Source: Candidatus Falkowbacteria bacterium RIFOXYA2_FULL_47_19
Lineage (GTDB): Bacteria > Patescibacteriota > Patescibacteriia > Patescibacteriales > UBA12075
Direction of reading: 5' to 3'
Assembly: GCA_001780275.1 (NCBI GenBank)
Contig: MFGB01000020.1
Coordinates: 40,813 to 104,812 of the forward strand
DNA length: 64,000 nt
Under the pieces are notes generated by a model, which was given only the letters and a program-made list of their open reading frames with translations, was not told the origin of the DNA and did no database searches. Position 1 is the first letter of the stretch, and each line of letters starts with the position of its first letter. Shown here one piece after another: positions 9,402 through 19,463 of the stretch. A program made the translations under genes and the position numbers.

Positions 9402-9989
9402 CTATTTCTTATTCCGGTCAACCCACCATTGATCGTCCTTGTTTCCGAACCACCATTCGTCGGAATTGGTTTTGAGCGCTTCATCGGCCAATCTTACGGC
9501 CGAGGCGGTCTTCAGCCTTTTTACGACCGCTCCGATCCAGGTTTCGGCGCGCTTGTTGCCGATATCGATCTGTTCCTTCAGGGAAAGCAGGAATTCAAGC
9601 TGGTCGGCGTCATGCGCGATAATGGATTCCGGCGTTTTCTTCTCGTTATATTCCCGGATAAGATCCTTAAGCTCGCCGCCGAATTCCAGGGTCGCGGCTA
9701 GATCGTCCGTAGCCTTGTCTTCGTCGGTTCGGGCGTATTTCTGGTGGACATAATTAAGGTCGCTCGTCCGTGTTTCGGCCAGGTCGTGAAAAAGACAAAG
9801 CTTCATGGTCTTCGCGCTGTCGCAATTTTTTTCCAGGGCTGATAAAACATAACCGATGAACACTACCCGGTTGTTGTGCTCGGCTACCGATTGCCGGCCG
9901 CTTCCCAGGAAATGAAAACCGCTCCGGGGCGTTTTCGCCATCATTCCGGCCTCGAAAAGAAAATTAACAACGGATTTTAAATCTGGCAT
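9402..9989 (-). CDS. HD-domain phosphohydrolase (YfbR/HDDC2-like 5'-deoxynucleotidase)
   Basis: PRSG...SVAEH...HDLAE.RTSD...DADQLE. Confidence 0.88.
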   Translation of the reverse strand: MPDLKSVVNFLFEAGMMAKTPRSGFHFLGSGRQSVAEHNNRVVFIGYVLSALEKNCDSAKTMKLCLFHDLAETRTSDLNYVHQKYARTDEDKATDDLAATLEFGGELKDLIREYNEKKTPESIIAHDADQLEFLLSLKEQIDIGNKRAETWIGAVVKRLKTASAVRLADEALKTNSDEWWFGNKDDQWWVDRNKK

Positions 9990-10027
9990 ATCAAAGCGCT
10001 TTTTAAAGAAAGATGAATAATTATTCG

Positions 10028-10960
10028 TTATTTATCGAAAACCTCCGTGAACTTCGGCACGACCTGCTTCTTTCTCGACATGATGCCCGGTATGTAAACC
10101 TGGTTTTTATCGAGTTTCGCTCCCAGGGCTTTTTCCACTTCTTCGGTATTGTCCGCCGCGACCAGGAAAAGGGAGCCCTCTTTCATGATATCGGTAATAA
10201 AAAGTATCACGCCGCGATAGCCGTTCTTTGTTTTCATGTCTTCCAAAGCGGCCAGGAGCTCCTCTTTCCGCCCGTCGAATTCGCTAAGATCAACCGTCTC
10301 GATCTGGCCGAAGCCGAATTTACCGGCCTTGAATTCATAATCCTTAAAATCGTTCTTGATTATCCCTTCGGCGGTCATGTCGCCCACGCCCGCCTTTATT
10401 TTGAACATCTCAAGGCCGTATTTTCGCCAATCGTCGATTCCGGCGAGCGGCGCCAATTCGGCGATTATCCCCTTATCCTTTTCGGTGCAGGTCGGGGACT
10501 TAGTGATCACGGTATCGTCCAGTATCGCCGAGAGCATCAATCCGGCCATCTTCTTGTCTATTTTAAAACCGGCGATCTTACAGAGTGAATAAATAATGGA
10601 ATTGCTCGAACCCCAGGGACGGATATCGAGATATATCGGTTCTTCATAAGAAAAATTCACTTTGTGGTGGTCAAGTATCGCGAATACCTTCGCTTTTTCC
10701 CGGCCGTCGACCGATTGCGAAGCCTCGTTATGGTCGACCAGGATAAGCTTCTTTCCGGCCGCGTCCTCCAAAAGCTCCGGAGCCTTAAAGCCGAATTTAT
10801 CCAAGACGAATGCCGTTACCTTATTGATCTCTCCGGCCCGCGCGGGCGCGTAATTGTCCGTTTTTAATACATAGTTCAAAAAATCGGCGTAGTTAATGGC
10901 GGCCGCCACCGAATCGAGGTCGGGGGATTTATGGCCGATGACGTAAATCTTGTCGCTCAT
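10028..10960 (-). CDS. ppaC: Mn-dependent inorganic pyrophosphatase (family II)
   Basis: GHKSPDLDS, LVDHNE..QS, DHH, MSRKKQVVP. Confidence 0.96.
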   Translation of the reverse strand: MSDKIYVIGHKSPDLDSVAAAINYADFLNYVLKTDNYAPARAGEINKVTAFVLDKFGFKAPELLEDAAGKKLILVDHNEASQSVDGREKAKVFAILDHHKVNFSYEEPIYLDIRPWGSSNSIIYSLCKIAGFKIDKKMAGLMLSAILDDTVITKSPTCTEKDKGIIAELAPLAGIDDWRKYGLEMFKIKAGVGDMTAEGIIKNDFKDYEFKAGKFGFGQIETVDLSEFDGRKEELLAALEDMKTKNGYRGVILFITDIMKEGSLFLVAADNTEEVEKALGAKLDKNQVYIPGIMSRKKQVVPKFTEVFDK

Positions 10961-11068
10961 AGCTCATGACGCATAACTCTCCGCCGCCTTTGGCGGGATA
11001 ACCCGCGGAGAACTATATTTATCGGGGGACGGGGTTATGCGGATTTAATATTTAGAGGATATGAATAA

Positions 11069-12454
11069 TTATTTTTCTGTTTTATCTTCCGCCTGTTCCG
11101 GATTTTCCGAAGAATCTTCCCTTTTTTTCTCCGTCTTCTCTTTCTTTTCCTTTTTTGTCTTTTCTCTTTTCACTTTCTTTTCTTTCTTCCCCTCTTCCTT
11201 ACCTGCCGTTTCGCCCTCTTCCGCGCTGTCTTTCTCCGCTTTTTCTTCGGCCTTCGTTTCTTCCCCGGCTTCCGGGGCCGCTTCTTTCTTCTTGGTTTTA
11301 GATTCGGTTATGTCTATTTTCCAGCCGGTAAGCTTGGCCGCGAGGCGGGCGTTCTGGCCGCCTTTGCCGATCGCGAGCGAAAGCTGGTCCGCGGCCACCG
11401 AAACGGTCGCCTTTCTTTCTTTTTCGTTAAGATCGATCGACACTATCTTGGCCGGCGAGAGGGCGTTGGCGATATATTTGATCGGATCGTCGTCGTATTC
11501 TATAATATCGACCTTCTCCCCGCCCAATTCGGAAATGATCGTCTGGATGCGGGCGCCTCTTTGCCCCACGCAGGATCCGATCGGGTCGACGTTATCGGAG
11601 TCGGTCCAAACCGCCACCTTCGAACGGAAACCGGCTTCGCGGGCGACGCCCTTAAGCTCGATCAGGCTGTTCGAGATCTCCGGGATTTCAAGGTAAAAAA
11701 CCTTTCTTAATATTTCTTCGGAGGTGCGGGAAAGGATTATCTCGGGGCCTTTCGGCCGGAGACCTACCTCTTTAACGTAAACTTTCACCCTTTCGCCGGG
11801 ACGGTAAATTTCTCCCGGGATCTGCTCTTCCGGAGGAATTATACCGACCGATTTGCCCAGGTCCACTAAAACGATCTTCCCCTCCCGACGCTGGACCACG
11901 CCGCTTACCACTTCGTGTTCCTTTTCCTTGAAATCGTTGAACACCATCTCCCGTTCGGCTTCCCGGAGGCGCTGGATGATCACCTGCTTGGCGGTCTGGG
12001 CGGCCATGCGGCCGTAAGAGTCCGGCACTTCCAGGCGGGTTTTTATCTCATCGCCGACCTTGGCGGTTTTTTTTAAAAGTTTGGCGTCGGACAGCTGGAT
12101 CTCGGTCTTCGGATTGAATTTCCTTATCTCCTCTTCCGGAACGGCTTCTCCGTTCCCGATTCCCGGGTCTTCCTTTATTTCTTCCGCGGCCTCATTTTTA
12201 GGCTCGACTTCGCCTTCCGCCTCTTCCGCGGACGGCTCCGGTTCTTCCGGCATGTCTTCGACCACGGTTTTAACGTCATAAACCTTGGACTTGGCTATGT
12301 CCTCGTTGAATTCGACTTTAATATTCTGGTTTTTCTGCCCGAAGTCCTTGCGATAGGCCGCGGCTAAGGCGGATTCGATCGTGACAATGACCGCGTCATA
12401 GCTTAATCCTTTTTCCTCGCAGACTTGCTTGATGGCGTTGGTTAGATCGCTCAT
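11069..12454 (-). CDS. nusA: Transcription termination/antitermination factor NusA
   Basis: GRMAAQTAKQVI, S1 and KH domains, AIGKGGQNARLAAKLTGWKIDI. Confidence 0.98.
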   Translation of the reverse strand: MSDLTNAIKQVCEEKGLSYDAVIVTIESALAAAYRKDFGQKNQNIKVEFNEDIAKSKVYDVKTVVEDMPEEPEPSAEEAEGEVEPKNEAAEEIKEDPGIGNGEAVPEEEIRKFNPKTEIQLSDAKLLKKTAKVGDEIKTRLEVPDSYGRMAAQTAKQVIIQRLREAEREMVFNDFKEKEHEVVSGVVQRREGKIVLVDLGKSVGIIPPEEQIPGEIYRPGERVKVYVKEVGLRPKGPEIILSRTSEEILRKVFYLEIPEISNSLIELKGVAREAGFRSKVAVWTDSDNVDPIGSCVGQRGARIQTIISELGGEKVDIIEYDDDPIKYIANALSPAKIVSIDLNEKERKATVSVAADQLSLAIGKGGQNARLAAKLTGWKIDITESKTKKKEAAPEAGEETKAEEKAEKDSAEEGETAGKEEGKKEKKVKREKTKKEKKEKTEKKREDSSENPEQAEDKTEK

Positions 12455-12663
12455 ATTGTTTATTTGATAATCATTTTCGTTTATTTCGTGACCATTCGCT
12501 TATTTCATTCCGGTCGTTTGCGTAACCCAGATATGAAATTATCGAAAAGCCGTGAATAAACGCTATTCAATGAAATTTATTAAAAAAGGCTAGTTTATCT
12601 TTACGATAACTAGCCTGATATTAAAAATCATATCATGGACGGATTTATTTGTCAAGGGCGCGA

Positions 12664-13596
12664 CTATTGGTCGACATTACCCCCTTCGATTACCCGCCTT
12701 TTTATCAAAACCAATTCCGCTTCAGCTCCAACGCTGAAAGCTTCGAGGAATAGCTGTTTTAAATCGCTGTCAGAAAGCTCCGGCGACGCCTTGATCGCGT
12801 CAAGCCGCCCCGACAACTCGGGAATTTGCCGTTCCCAACCGGCAAGGAGAGCCTTGGTTTCGGCGGCGATTTTAGTACCAACCTCCGCCTTCGCGAGAGT
12901 GACCGTATAAATCCTTTCCTCGTTTTTTAGGACAAGCGTAACCTGACCTTCCGTTGCCCGGATCAAATCATTGACCTTATTGGCGATTTTCCCGATATTA
13001 TCAAACCGTTCGCTGATCGTAGAAGCTCCGATCTTATACCCGTCAACGGGAATTCCGTTAACCGAGACCAGGCGGTCGCCGACCTTCATCGGGGACGATT
13101 GAGCCGGCGAATCGTGGAAGATCATGCTTATCTCGATGACCAGTACATCGGTCTGGCCCCTGATTATGTCCAGGACATTCTGGTGTGCCGGCCTCATTCT
13201 GATGCCAATCCCAGAAAACGGGAATATTTTAGCCGCTTCCGAGAGAATATCGGTAGATTCTTTGAGATCCTGCCGGGAATCGGCGATCCTCCGCTCTATG
13301 GCCCTGATCTTATCTTCCCGGGAGATTTGATTCCATGTCTTATCGGCATCATTCTGGTGCGCCGTAATATTTACCTTAAAGCCTTCGGGATGAACCCCCC
13401 ATCTGGCCCCGTCTTCGATAACGATTTTTTCGTATTTTTTCTCAAAAACGAACCAGGCGTGGCTGTTCAGCTCGGAATAAGCACCAAAGAATTCCTCCTT
13501 GTTCGTTTCTCTGGTTATATCCACGCCGATCAAAACGATCAAAACGAAGAATGCCACGATAGCGGATACGGTGATTTTTAAAGTACCTTTTTTCAT
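12664..13596 (-). CDS. Membrane-anchored PDZ-domain protein
   Basis: N-terminal TM; FSGIGI...SPA....KVGDRLVSVNG. Confidence 0.75.
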   Translation of the reverse strand: MKKGTLKITVSAIVAFFVLIVLIGVDITRETNKEEFFGAYSELNSHAWFVFEKKYEKIVIEDGARWGVHPEGFKVNITAHQNDADKTWNQISREDKIRAIERRIADSRQDLKESTDILSEAAKIFPFSGIGIRMRPAHQNVLDIIRGQTDVLVIEISMIFHDSPAQSSPMKVGDRLVSVNGIPVDGYKIGASTISERFDNIGKIANKVNDLIRATEGQVTLVLKNEERIYTVTLAKAEVGTKIAAETKALLAGWERQIPELSGRLDAIKASPELSDSDLKQLFLEAFSVGAEAELVLIKRRVIEGGNVDQ

Positions 13597-13774
13597 TTTT
13601 CCTCCTTGCGGTCAAGACCCGAAAAATAAAATTCAGATAAAAATTTTTTTAACCTTATCACACGTTCGTTGTTTTTACAATAGCCCACGTTTTAGAAATG
13701 TATTGACTTTATGTGTTCTTTTGTTTAAAATAAGATAATCATAAAAAAATGATCTTTGAAAAAGGGGAATAAAA

Positions 13775-14344
13775 ATGAGAGACGAGAGGATAGGACTTAT
13801 AGAAAATTCCGACCTGACCTTAATAAACAAACTTCTTCTGTTGCTCGTATTTCTTGGCGAAAAACCGGCTACGGAAATTATTTTACGCGCCTGCGTTGAA
13901 TATCCGTATAAAAATACGATAAAACCAAAGGAGCGGCTTATTCCTGAGATCAAGGAATTATTGAACGCGCTCGGCCTAAGTTATAGCGTCAGGATAATTT
14001 ATTCTTCCGGCCATGTTTTTTTATACATATCCCGGGACCAGGAAACAATAAACGGAATAAGCAAGTCTCTTTATCCGAGAGATGATGAAAAATTCGGCCG
14101 ATACATGGGTTTTCCCGAAACCGCGATTGAGGCGTTTTTAAAAAAAAGGCCGAAACTTAACAAAGAACGAAGCCGCAAAATCGTGGAAAGTAAATTATTA
14201 TTTTTTGCCGGCTTTGTTTTTTCAGAAGAATTCAATTTAAAAGAGCTAAAAGAATTTTCGGTCAGACGGTATTTGGCGGTCAGGAAAAATTCCCCGCGAT
14301 TATTTTGGGAAAACAGTATTTTTTGTAAATATTATTTCGGATGA
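13775..14344 (+). CDS. Hypothetical protein
   Basis: 189-aa ORF with SD and TTGACT/TAAAAT promoter-like site; FGRYMGFPETAIEAF motif. Confidence 0.7.
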   Translation: MRDERIGLIENSDLTLINKLLLLLVFLGEKPATEIILRACVEYPYKNTIKPKERLIPEIKELLNALGLSYSVRIIYSSGHVFLYISRDQETINGISKSLYPRDDEKFGRYMGFPETAIEAFLKKRPKLNKERSRKIVESKLLFFAGFVFSEEFNLKELKEFSVRRYLAVRKNSPRLFWENSIFCKYYFG

Positions 14345-14353
14345 TGTAAAATA

Positions 14354-14578
14354 TCAGTCTCCGGATTGCTTCCAATCGGTTCTTAACAAACAACAAAAAA
14401 AATCGACTTCCGCGTCGATTTTTTGTTGGTTTATATTTTTTACTGATAATATTTTTGGTTCGGCTCGAAATAAGCTCCGTAAAATTGCGTATCGGCAGTT
14501 TTCGCGCCAATAGATGCCGGCATAATCAAGTAACGAAAACGATAACGTATACGTAATTTTTAAGATACGGTTCTTCAT
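14354..14578 (-). CDS. Small hypothetical protein
   Basis: 74-aa ORF with GAGG SD. Confidence 0.4.
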   Translation of the reverse strand: MKNRILKITYTLSFSLLDYAGIYWRENCRYAILRSLFRAEPKILSVKNINQQKIDAEVDFFCCLLRTDWKQSGD

Positions 14579-14741
14579 TTTTCCTCTTCAGCGATGGCAA
14601 TACGGTTAAAAATTGGAAAAAATTCTCTTGACATTAACTGCACAAAATATAGAGAAAAAAATCAGTTTTGTCAAGAAGAAGCTCGCGCCCGCATCAATGG
14701 AAAAAAAACAGGAGCTCTGTTATCGGGCTCCCGTGCGATAC

Positions 14742-15611
14742 TTATAATTTCCGAAAGGCGAAAACGCCGTGATGGCTACAGTTATCCCGCCGGCTGTCGA
14801 CGTGGCTGTAAGCAAAACTGACATGATAGGTTTTATCGAGTATCCGGGTCGGAAAAATAGCCGCCTCGAATTCACGGTCGCGTCTATGTTCCGACGTAAT
14901 TATCGTCGTGTCAGGCACGTTGCAATAGCGGCCATCGGTAATTGTGCAGCCGTAATACGGCGGCAGGCTTTCGATCGTCGCGCGGTTCTTTGTGTTGTAC
15001 AGGCAATGAAGGGCCGTTAATTCGCAGGCGAGAGGGACCATATATTCTTCCGGCAGATATGCCTGTTGCCGCTCCCATGACCAGGAAGGCGAATTCGGCA
15101 CAATCCTCAGGTACATAAGGTACCAGCTGAAACGGGGATGGGTTTTCCGGAAATAATCGCCGTCGCCGTGGCAGGAACCGGACACTCCGCAAGGATATCC
15201 ATCGTCCGGGTGGAGTTTTGACCATTTTTCGAGCGTGAATTCCTTCCGGTCCGGGATAGAGAACAGGAAATGATTATTCCTGACGCGGTCATTGCGGGTT
15301 CGATCGAAAGGGCAGGGGCTCTCTAGAATTTCTTCCAAACGCTCCGCTGCGATTGGCAATGGCGGGGTAATATCTCGCGGATATCCGTAAAAAATCTGCC
15401 AGTCTAGGTGCGAGAAGAACCGGTCCGGCGGCAAGAGCCTTAAAAGCATCCTGGTCGTTTCGCACTCGATCTTGTCCGGACACGAATACTTCCCGAGGGC
15501 GGCGGAGAGCCGGCTCACGTAATCCATGTCTTTGGTCATGTACCTGGATTTTTGTGCCAGGTATGCCTGATAATCGTTAATGGTTTTCCGGGTCGCCTCT
15601 TCGTTCGTCAT
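14742..15611 (-). CDS. Hypothetical protein
   Basis: 289-aa ORF, SD AAGGAG. Confidence 0.7.
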   Translation of the reverse strand: MTNEEATRKTINDYQAYLAQKSRYMTKDMDYVSRLSAALGKYSCPDKIECETTRMLLRLLPPDRFFSHLDWQIFYGYPRDITPPLPIAAERLEEILESPCPFDRTRNDRVRNNHFLFSIPDRKEFTLEKWSKLHPDDGYPCGVSGSCHGDGDYFRKTHPRFSWYLMYLRIVPNSPSWSWERQQAYLPEEYMVPLACELTALHCLYNTKNRATIESLPPYYGCTITDGRYCNVPDTTIITSEHRRDREFEAAIFPTRILDKTYHVSFAYSHVDSRRDNCSHHGVFAFRKL

Positions 15612-15830
15612 GATACTCCTTTCGCTATTCGGTTTATTTATTAAGGTACAAAATTATTGAATGCTTTCTTATTAGTTGCATTTTAAACGAGGATGCGAGG
15701 CATGTCAATCGAAAAACAAAAAACACCCGGCCAGGTTTATGGTGGGATGTTTGGTATTAAAATCAAAAAAGAACAAAGGCCCAGTCTGGATTGACTGAGC
15801 CTTTTAAGCAAAGAACGGCGGTGGTACGCC

Positions 15831-16376
15831 TTAGGTCAGGCTGACGATGTACGGAAAATCCTTGGGGAGCTTGACGCTACGAAGCCAGTCGGAAACGAAT
15901 TCGTATTTTTCCGCCCCGCTAATGATAGCGTTGGCGTGGGTGACAGGGTCGTGGTGCTTCATCGAGTTGTAACGGTAAACGGTGTAACCGTTTTCCACGC
16001 ACCATTTCGCGAAAGCGGCGTCGTAGATAAAGCTGGTATCATAATCCAGCCATTTTTCATATCCGTGATAGCCTGGTTTGCGCCGCGGGTATCCCGGGGT
16101 ATCGGCGATATGCGGTTCGAGGTTGGCATCTTTCAGGGCATCCCGAACCTTTACCTCGCTTTTATCCTGTCTGTACAGGTACATCATGTCGTCTTCACAG
16201 TTGGTGGCCTCGCCGTTTTCTCCGGGCGTAAAGCCGTAGTCTCCGCCGCAATGAAAACAGTAGTGGGTATTCCCTCTTTCCTTCATCTGCTTAAAGGTAA
16301 AACGGCTGAAAAAAAACGCCGGTTTGTTAAGTTCCCTGGCTTTCATGTGGGTAAAAATAATTCCTGTAGGGCTCAC
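15831..16376 (-). CDS. Hypothetical protein
   Basis: 181-aa ORF, GTG start after AGGAG, CxxC motif. Confidence 0.65.
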   Translation of the reverse strand: MSPTGIIFTHMKARELNKPAFFFSRFTFKQMKERGNTHYCFHCGGDYGFTPGENGEATNCEDDMMYLYRQDKSEVKVRDALKDANLEPHIADTPGYPRRKPGYHGYEKWLDYDTSFIYDAAFAKWCVENGYTVYRYNSMKHHDPVTHANAIISGAEKYEFVSDWLRSVKLPKDFPYIVSLT

Positions 16377-16754
16377 TCCTGTGTCTCCTTTCGGTTTTTA
16401 TCGTTTATCGACAAATTTTCAAAGATTTTGACTATATATCGTAATTTTATATAATATCAGATTTTTTATAAAATGTCAAGCCACGTTTTATATATTATTT
16501 ATTTTTAGCAATTTTTCGTCACCATAAGGTCACAAGTTTTTCCCTGCGGCGCAAGCGGTACAGAGAGAAATAAAAACACCCCCGGGTTTGAATGTTGGGG
16601 CGTTTAAAATAAGTGATTTTCCGGCGATCTCTCCCTCTCCCGCGGCGGCGCCAGCCGGGGGAGAGGGGTAGGGGTGAGGGCAAAAAACCGCAAAACAAAA
16701 ACCCCTTAATTTAAGAAGTTGCTTTTTTACGGGGCTTATAATCTAGCAACGCCT

Positions 16755-17537
16755 TTACTCCGCCAAAGTCTCCATGCGGCGGCTGACGCTCCAGAGAAGA
16801 TCGAAGAATCCGAGCATCATCTCGGTAGTCGCGCGGCTTTTAACGACCCAGGCGAGACCCTCGCGCTTCGTCGTGAAAAAAGCCGTATAGTCGTCCCAGA
16901 TCATGACCGAAGAGCGGAAAAAAAGTTCCGGGGGCAGGAACTTCGCTTCCCGGAGCTCTTTCTCGTGGACGCGCTTATTATATTTCTTTATCTCGAATTT
17001 TTCGACCCTTAAACTCTTAAGCCTTACTCCGGCCGCCAGGCGCCGGCGCGTAAAGTGGAATTTTTCCCCGAGGATCTCCTGGAAATCCCGGGCCGAAACT
17101 ATTTCATAAACCAATTTGCTTTCCGCCTTGAGCGCCTCGTGAAAAATATCACTCATCCGGACGCGGTCGTAGATCTTGATCCGGGCCGAAGGAGCCTCTT
17201 CGGCTTTTAGGGTGTTGAGCAGCGGAATAATACCGCCTATATCATGGATCTTCCTTTCGAAGATTCTTTTTAATTCTCCGGGTTCGGCAGCGGAAAAAAG
17301 CTTCTGCGACCGGTCTTTGGTAACGGCCGCGAAGCCGCCCTTATTAAGCTGAGCCGCGACGTATTTCGTGGTGGTTAAGGGCCAGCCGGCGAGCTTCGCC
17401 AGGGACGAGAGGTTTAAGGGCCGGTTGGCCTCGAGAAGCGCCAGATAAGCCGCTCTTTCCCGGCCGGATAATCCGAGGCTTTCCAGAACTTCGGATATCT
17501 CCTGCCGCTTTAATTCCGACAAAGAATCGTATTTCAT
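16755..17537 (-). CDS. TrmB-family transcriptional regulator
   Basis: LESLGLSGRERAAYLALLE HTH; C-terminal MIWDD.TAFF. Confidence 0.85.
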   Translation of the reverse strand: MKYDSLSELKRQEISEVLESLGLSGRERAAYLALLEANRPLNLSSLAKLAGWPLTTTKYVAAQLNKGGFAAVTKDRSQKLFSAAEPGELKRIFERKIHDIGGIIPLLNTLKAEEAPSARIKIYDRVRMSDIFHEALKAESKLVYEIVSARDFQEILGEKFHFTRRRLAAGVRLKSLRVEKFEIKKYNKRVHEKELREAKFLPPELFFRSSVMIWDDYTAFFTTKREGLAWVVKSRATTEMMLGFFDLLWSVSRRMETLAE

Positions 17538-17740
17538 ATATATTATTTTTATTTACTTTATATATCGAAAATAAACTAAAATTTTCGTAGTAATAAATTA
17601 ATATTATTTATTTAATTATAGACAAAAAATTTATTTTTGTCAAAATACTTACTAATTTTTATATATCTATTTTTAAATTCATGTAAATATATAGCTGTAA
17701 GCGAATTGTTCTTTGAAAAACAAAACGAAGGAGAACTGGG

Positions 17741-18283
17741 ATGAAAAAAAATCGTAACAAAGCCAGTCTCGCTGATTTAGAAAAAAGCATCGTGGCTATC
17801 GCCGATTGGCCCGAACCGGGCGTCACTTTCCGGGATATAACCCCGCTCCTCGAAGATCCGGAACTATTCCGCGCCACGATCGACCGCCTGGCCGCGGCCT
17901 GCGCCGATAAACGAATCGACAAGATCGTGGGCTTAGACGCCCGCGGTTTCATTTTCGCCTCCACCCTGGCCTATAAGCTCGGTGCCGGCCTGGTGCTCGC
18001 GCGCAAGAAGGGGAAACTCCCCCGCGAAACCTGCGGCCGCGGCTACGGCCTTGAATACGGCAAAGCCGTCCTCGAAATCCATAAGGATTCGATCAAAGAG
18101 GGCGAAAAGATCCTGATCGTCGATGACGTGCTGGCCACCGGCGGTACTATGGCTGCCGCGTCCGGAATAGTCGAAGAGCTTAAGGGCGATATCGTCGGAA
18201 TCCTCTGTCTGATCGAATTGCCGGCCTTAAACGGCCGGAAAAAGCTCGAAGCTTACGAGGTTGAATCCTTGTTCGAATTCTGA
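17741..18283 (+). CDS. apt: Adenine phosphoribosyltransferase
   Basis: DWPEPGVTFRDITPLL, LDARGF, LEYG, LIVDDVLATGGT PRPP motif. Confidence 0.97.
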   Translation: MKKNRNKASLADLEKSIVAIADWPEPGVTFRDITPLLEDPELFRATIDRLAAACADKRIDKIVGLDARGFIFASTLAYKLGAGLVLARKKGKLPRETCGRGYGLEYGKAVLEIHKDSIKEGEKILIVDDVLATGGTMAAASGIVEELKGDIVGILCLIELPALNGRKKLEAYEVESLFEF

Positions 18284-18301
18284 TAACGAAAGGAGGATGG
18301 C

Positions 18302-18592
18302 ATGAAAGTACTTAAAAAGGGCGAACCCAAAGAATGGTCTGTTAAGGTAAAATGCACCGGATTCGGAAATAACCGATACGGCTGCGGAGCCGAACTAGAA
18401 GTCGTTAAAAAGGATATCTATCTGACCTACTCTGAACATTACTGGGGAGAAACCGACATTTTCTATACGATCACTTGCCCCGAATGCGGAAAAGAAACGG
18501 ATATTCCGAATTCCAAAATCCCGTATTATCTCAAGGGCGTTTTTCCCTCTAAGGCGGCCTGGCAGAAGGCCGCGAAAGGAGAATTATCATGA
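18302..18592 (+). CDS. Zinc-ribbon-like hypothetical protein (paralog A)
   Basis: CTG.GN...GCGA and CPECG.ETDI. Confidence 0.75.
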   Translation: MKVLKKGEPKEWSVKVKCTGFGNNRYGCGAELEVVKKDIYLTYSEHYWGETDIFYTITCPECGKETDIPNSKIPYYLKGVFPSKAAWQKAAKGELS

Positions 18593-18837
18593 AAATAATA
18601 AAGAAGGGGCGGGAACAGAAGGGCTGGTCAAAGGAATACGCCTGCACCGGCAAGGGAAATGGCGGCGGCGGATGCGGAGCCGTGCTCCTGGTTTCGGAAA
18701 ATGATCTCTATATGACTTCGCGCTCCGACTATTCGGGCGACACCGAGTATTTCGTGACCTTCAAATGCCCCTGCTGCGGCGTCGAAACCGATATCGAGGG
18801 CGTGCCGAGCCGGATCTGGTCCAAGCTTGATCTCTAG
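18589..18837 (+). CDS. Zinc-ribbon-like hypothetical protein (paralog B)
   Basis: CTGKGNGGGGCGA and CPCCGVETDI; ATGA overlap with paralog A. Confidence 0.75.
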   Translation: MKIIKKGREQKGWSKEYACTGKGNGGGGCGAVLLVSENDLYMTSRSDYSGDTEYFVTFKCPCCGVETDIEGVPSRIWSKLDL

Positions 18838-18852
18838 CGAAGGAGATAATAC

Positions 18853-19263
18853 ATGATACTGACCGTTGATGCCGCGATTATTGTCGGGGGGCGTTCGCTC
18901 CTTCTTCTGAGGCGGAGTAAATACCCGTTCGCCGGGAAGCTCGTTTTTCCCGGCGGACACGCGGAGGATAAAGACGGGAACACGCGAACGGCCGCGAGCC
19001 GCGAACTTTTCGAAGAAACCGGGATAGAGATCCCGCCGGAGAGATGGGGGCTTCTAACCGTTCTGGACGGACGGGGCCGCGATCCCCGCTACGGCTTCTC
19101 CGTTTCCGTGGTATACCGGGCGGATATCGACGATCCGCTGATCCTCGGTAAGATCAGGCCGTCGGACGAAGCTTCGGAGATACTGCTCGTGCCGATCGAC
19201 GAATTGCGGGAAGAAGACCTCGGCTTCGATCACTTTGATGCGATAAAAAAAATCAAAAAGTAA
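18853..19263 (+). CDS. NUDIX hydrolase (ADP-ribose pyrophosphatase/NrtR-like)
   Basis: PGG....AASRELFEETG Nudix box; RDPR and LGFDH motifs. Confidence 0.9.
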   Translation: MILTVDAAIIVGGRSLLLLRRSKYPFAGKLVFPGGHAEDKDGNTRTAASRELFEETGIEIPPERWGLLTVLDGRGRDPRYGFSVSVVYRADIDDPLILGKIRPSDEASEILLVPIDELREEDLGFDHFDAIKKIKK

Positions 19264-19463
19264 AAAACAAGCGGAATCTAAAAAAATTCCGCTTTTTTAT
19301 TGACCAAAACCCTCCTAAAGCCGGTTTTTTACTGGCGCGGGACGGCCTGATCTTTCATATATTTTCTTTTGCGCTTCTTTGGCGGATACTGAATTGACAA
19401 CATTAAAAAAATATGTTAGCATTATAAATTACCGAACCAGCCGACAAATAAAGGAAAAACGCC

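Noticed and set aside
10961..11068. yybP-ykoY Mn riboswitch upstream of ppaC
   Set aside because: Conserved riboswitch sequence motifs not recognised
14742..15611. Diversity-generating retroelement target protein
   Set aside because: No reverse transcriptase or template/variable repeat pair is visible in the window
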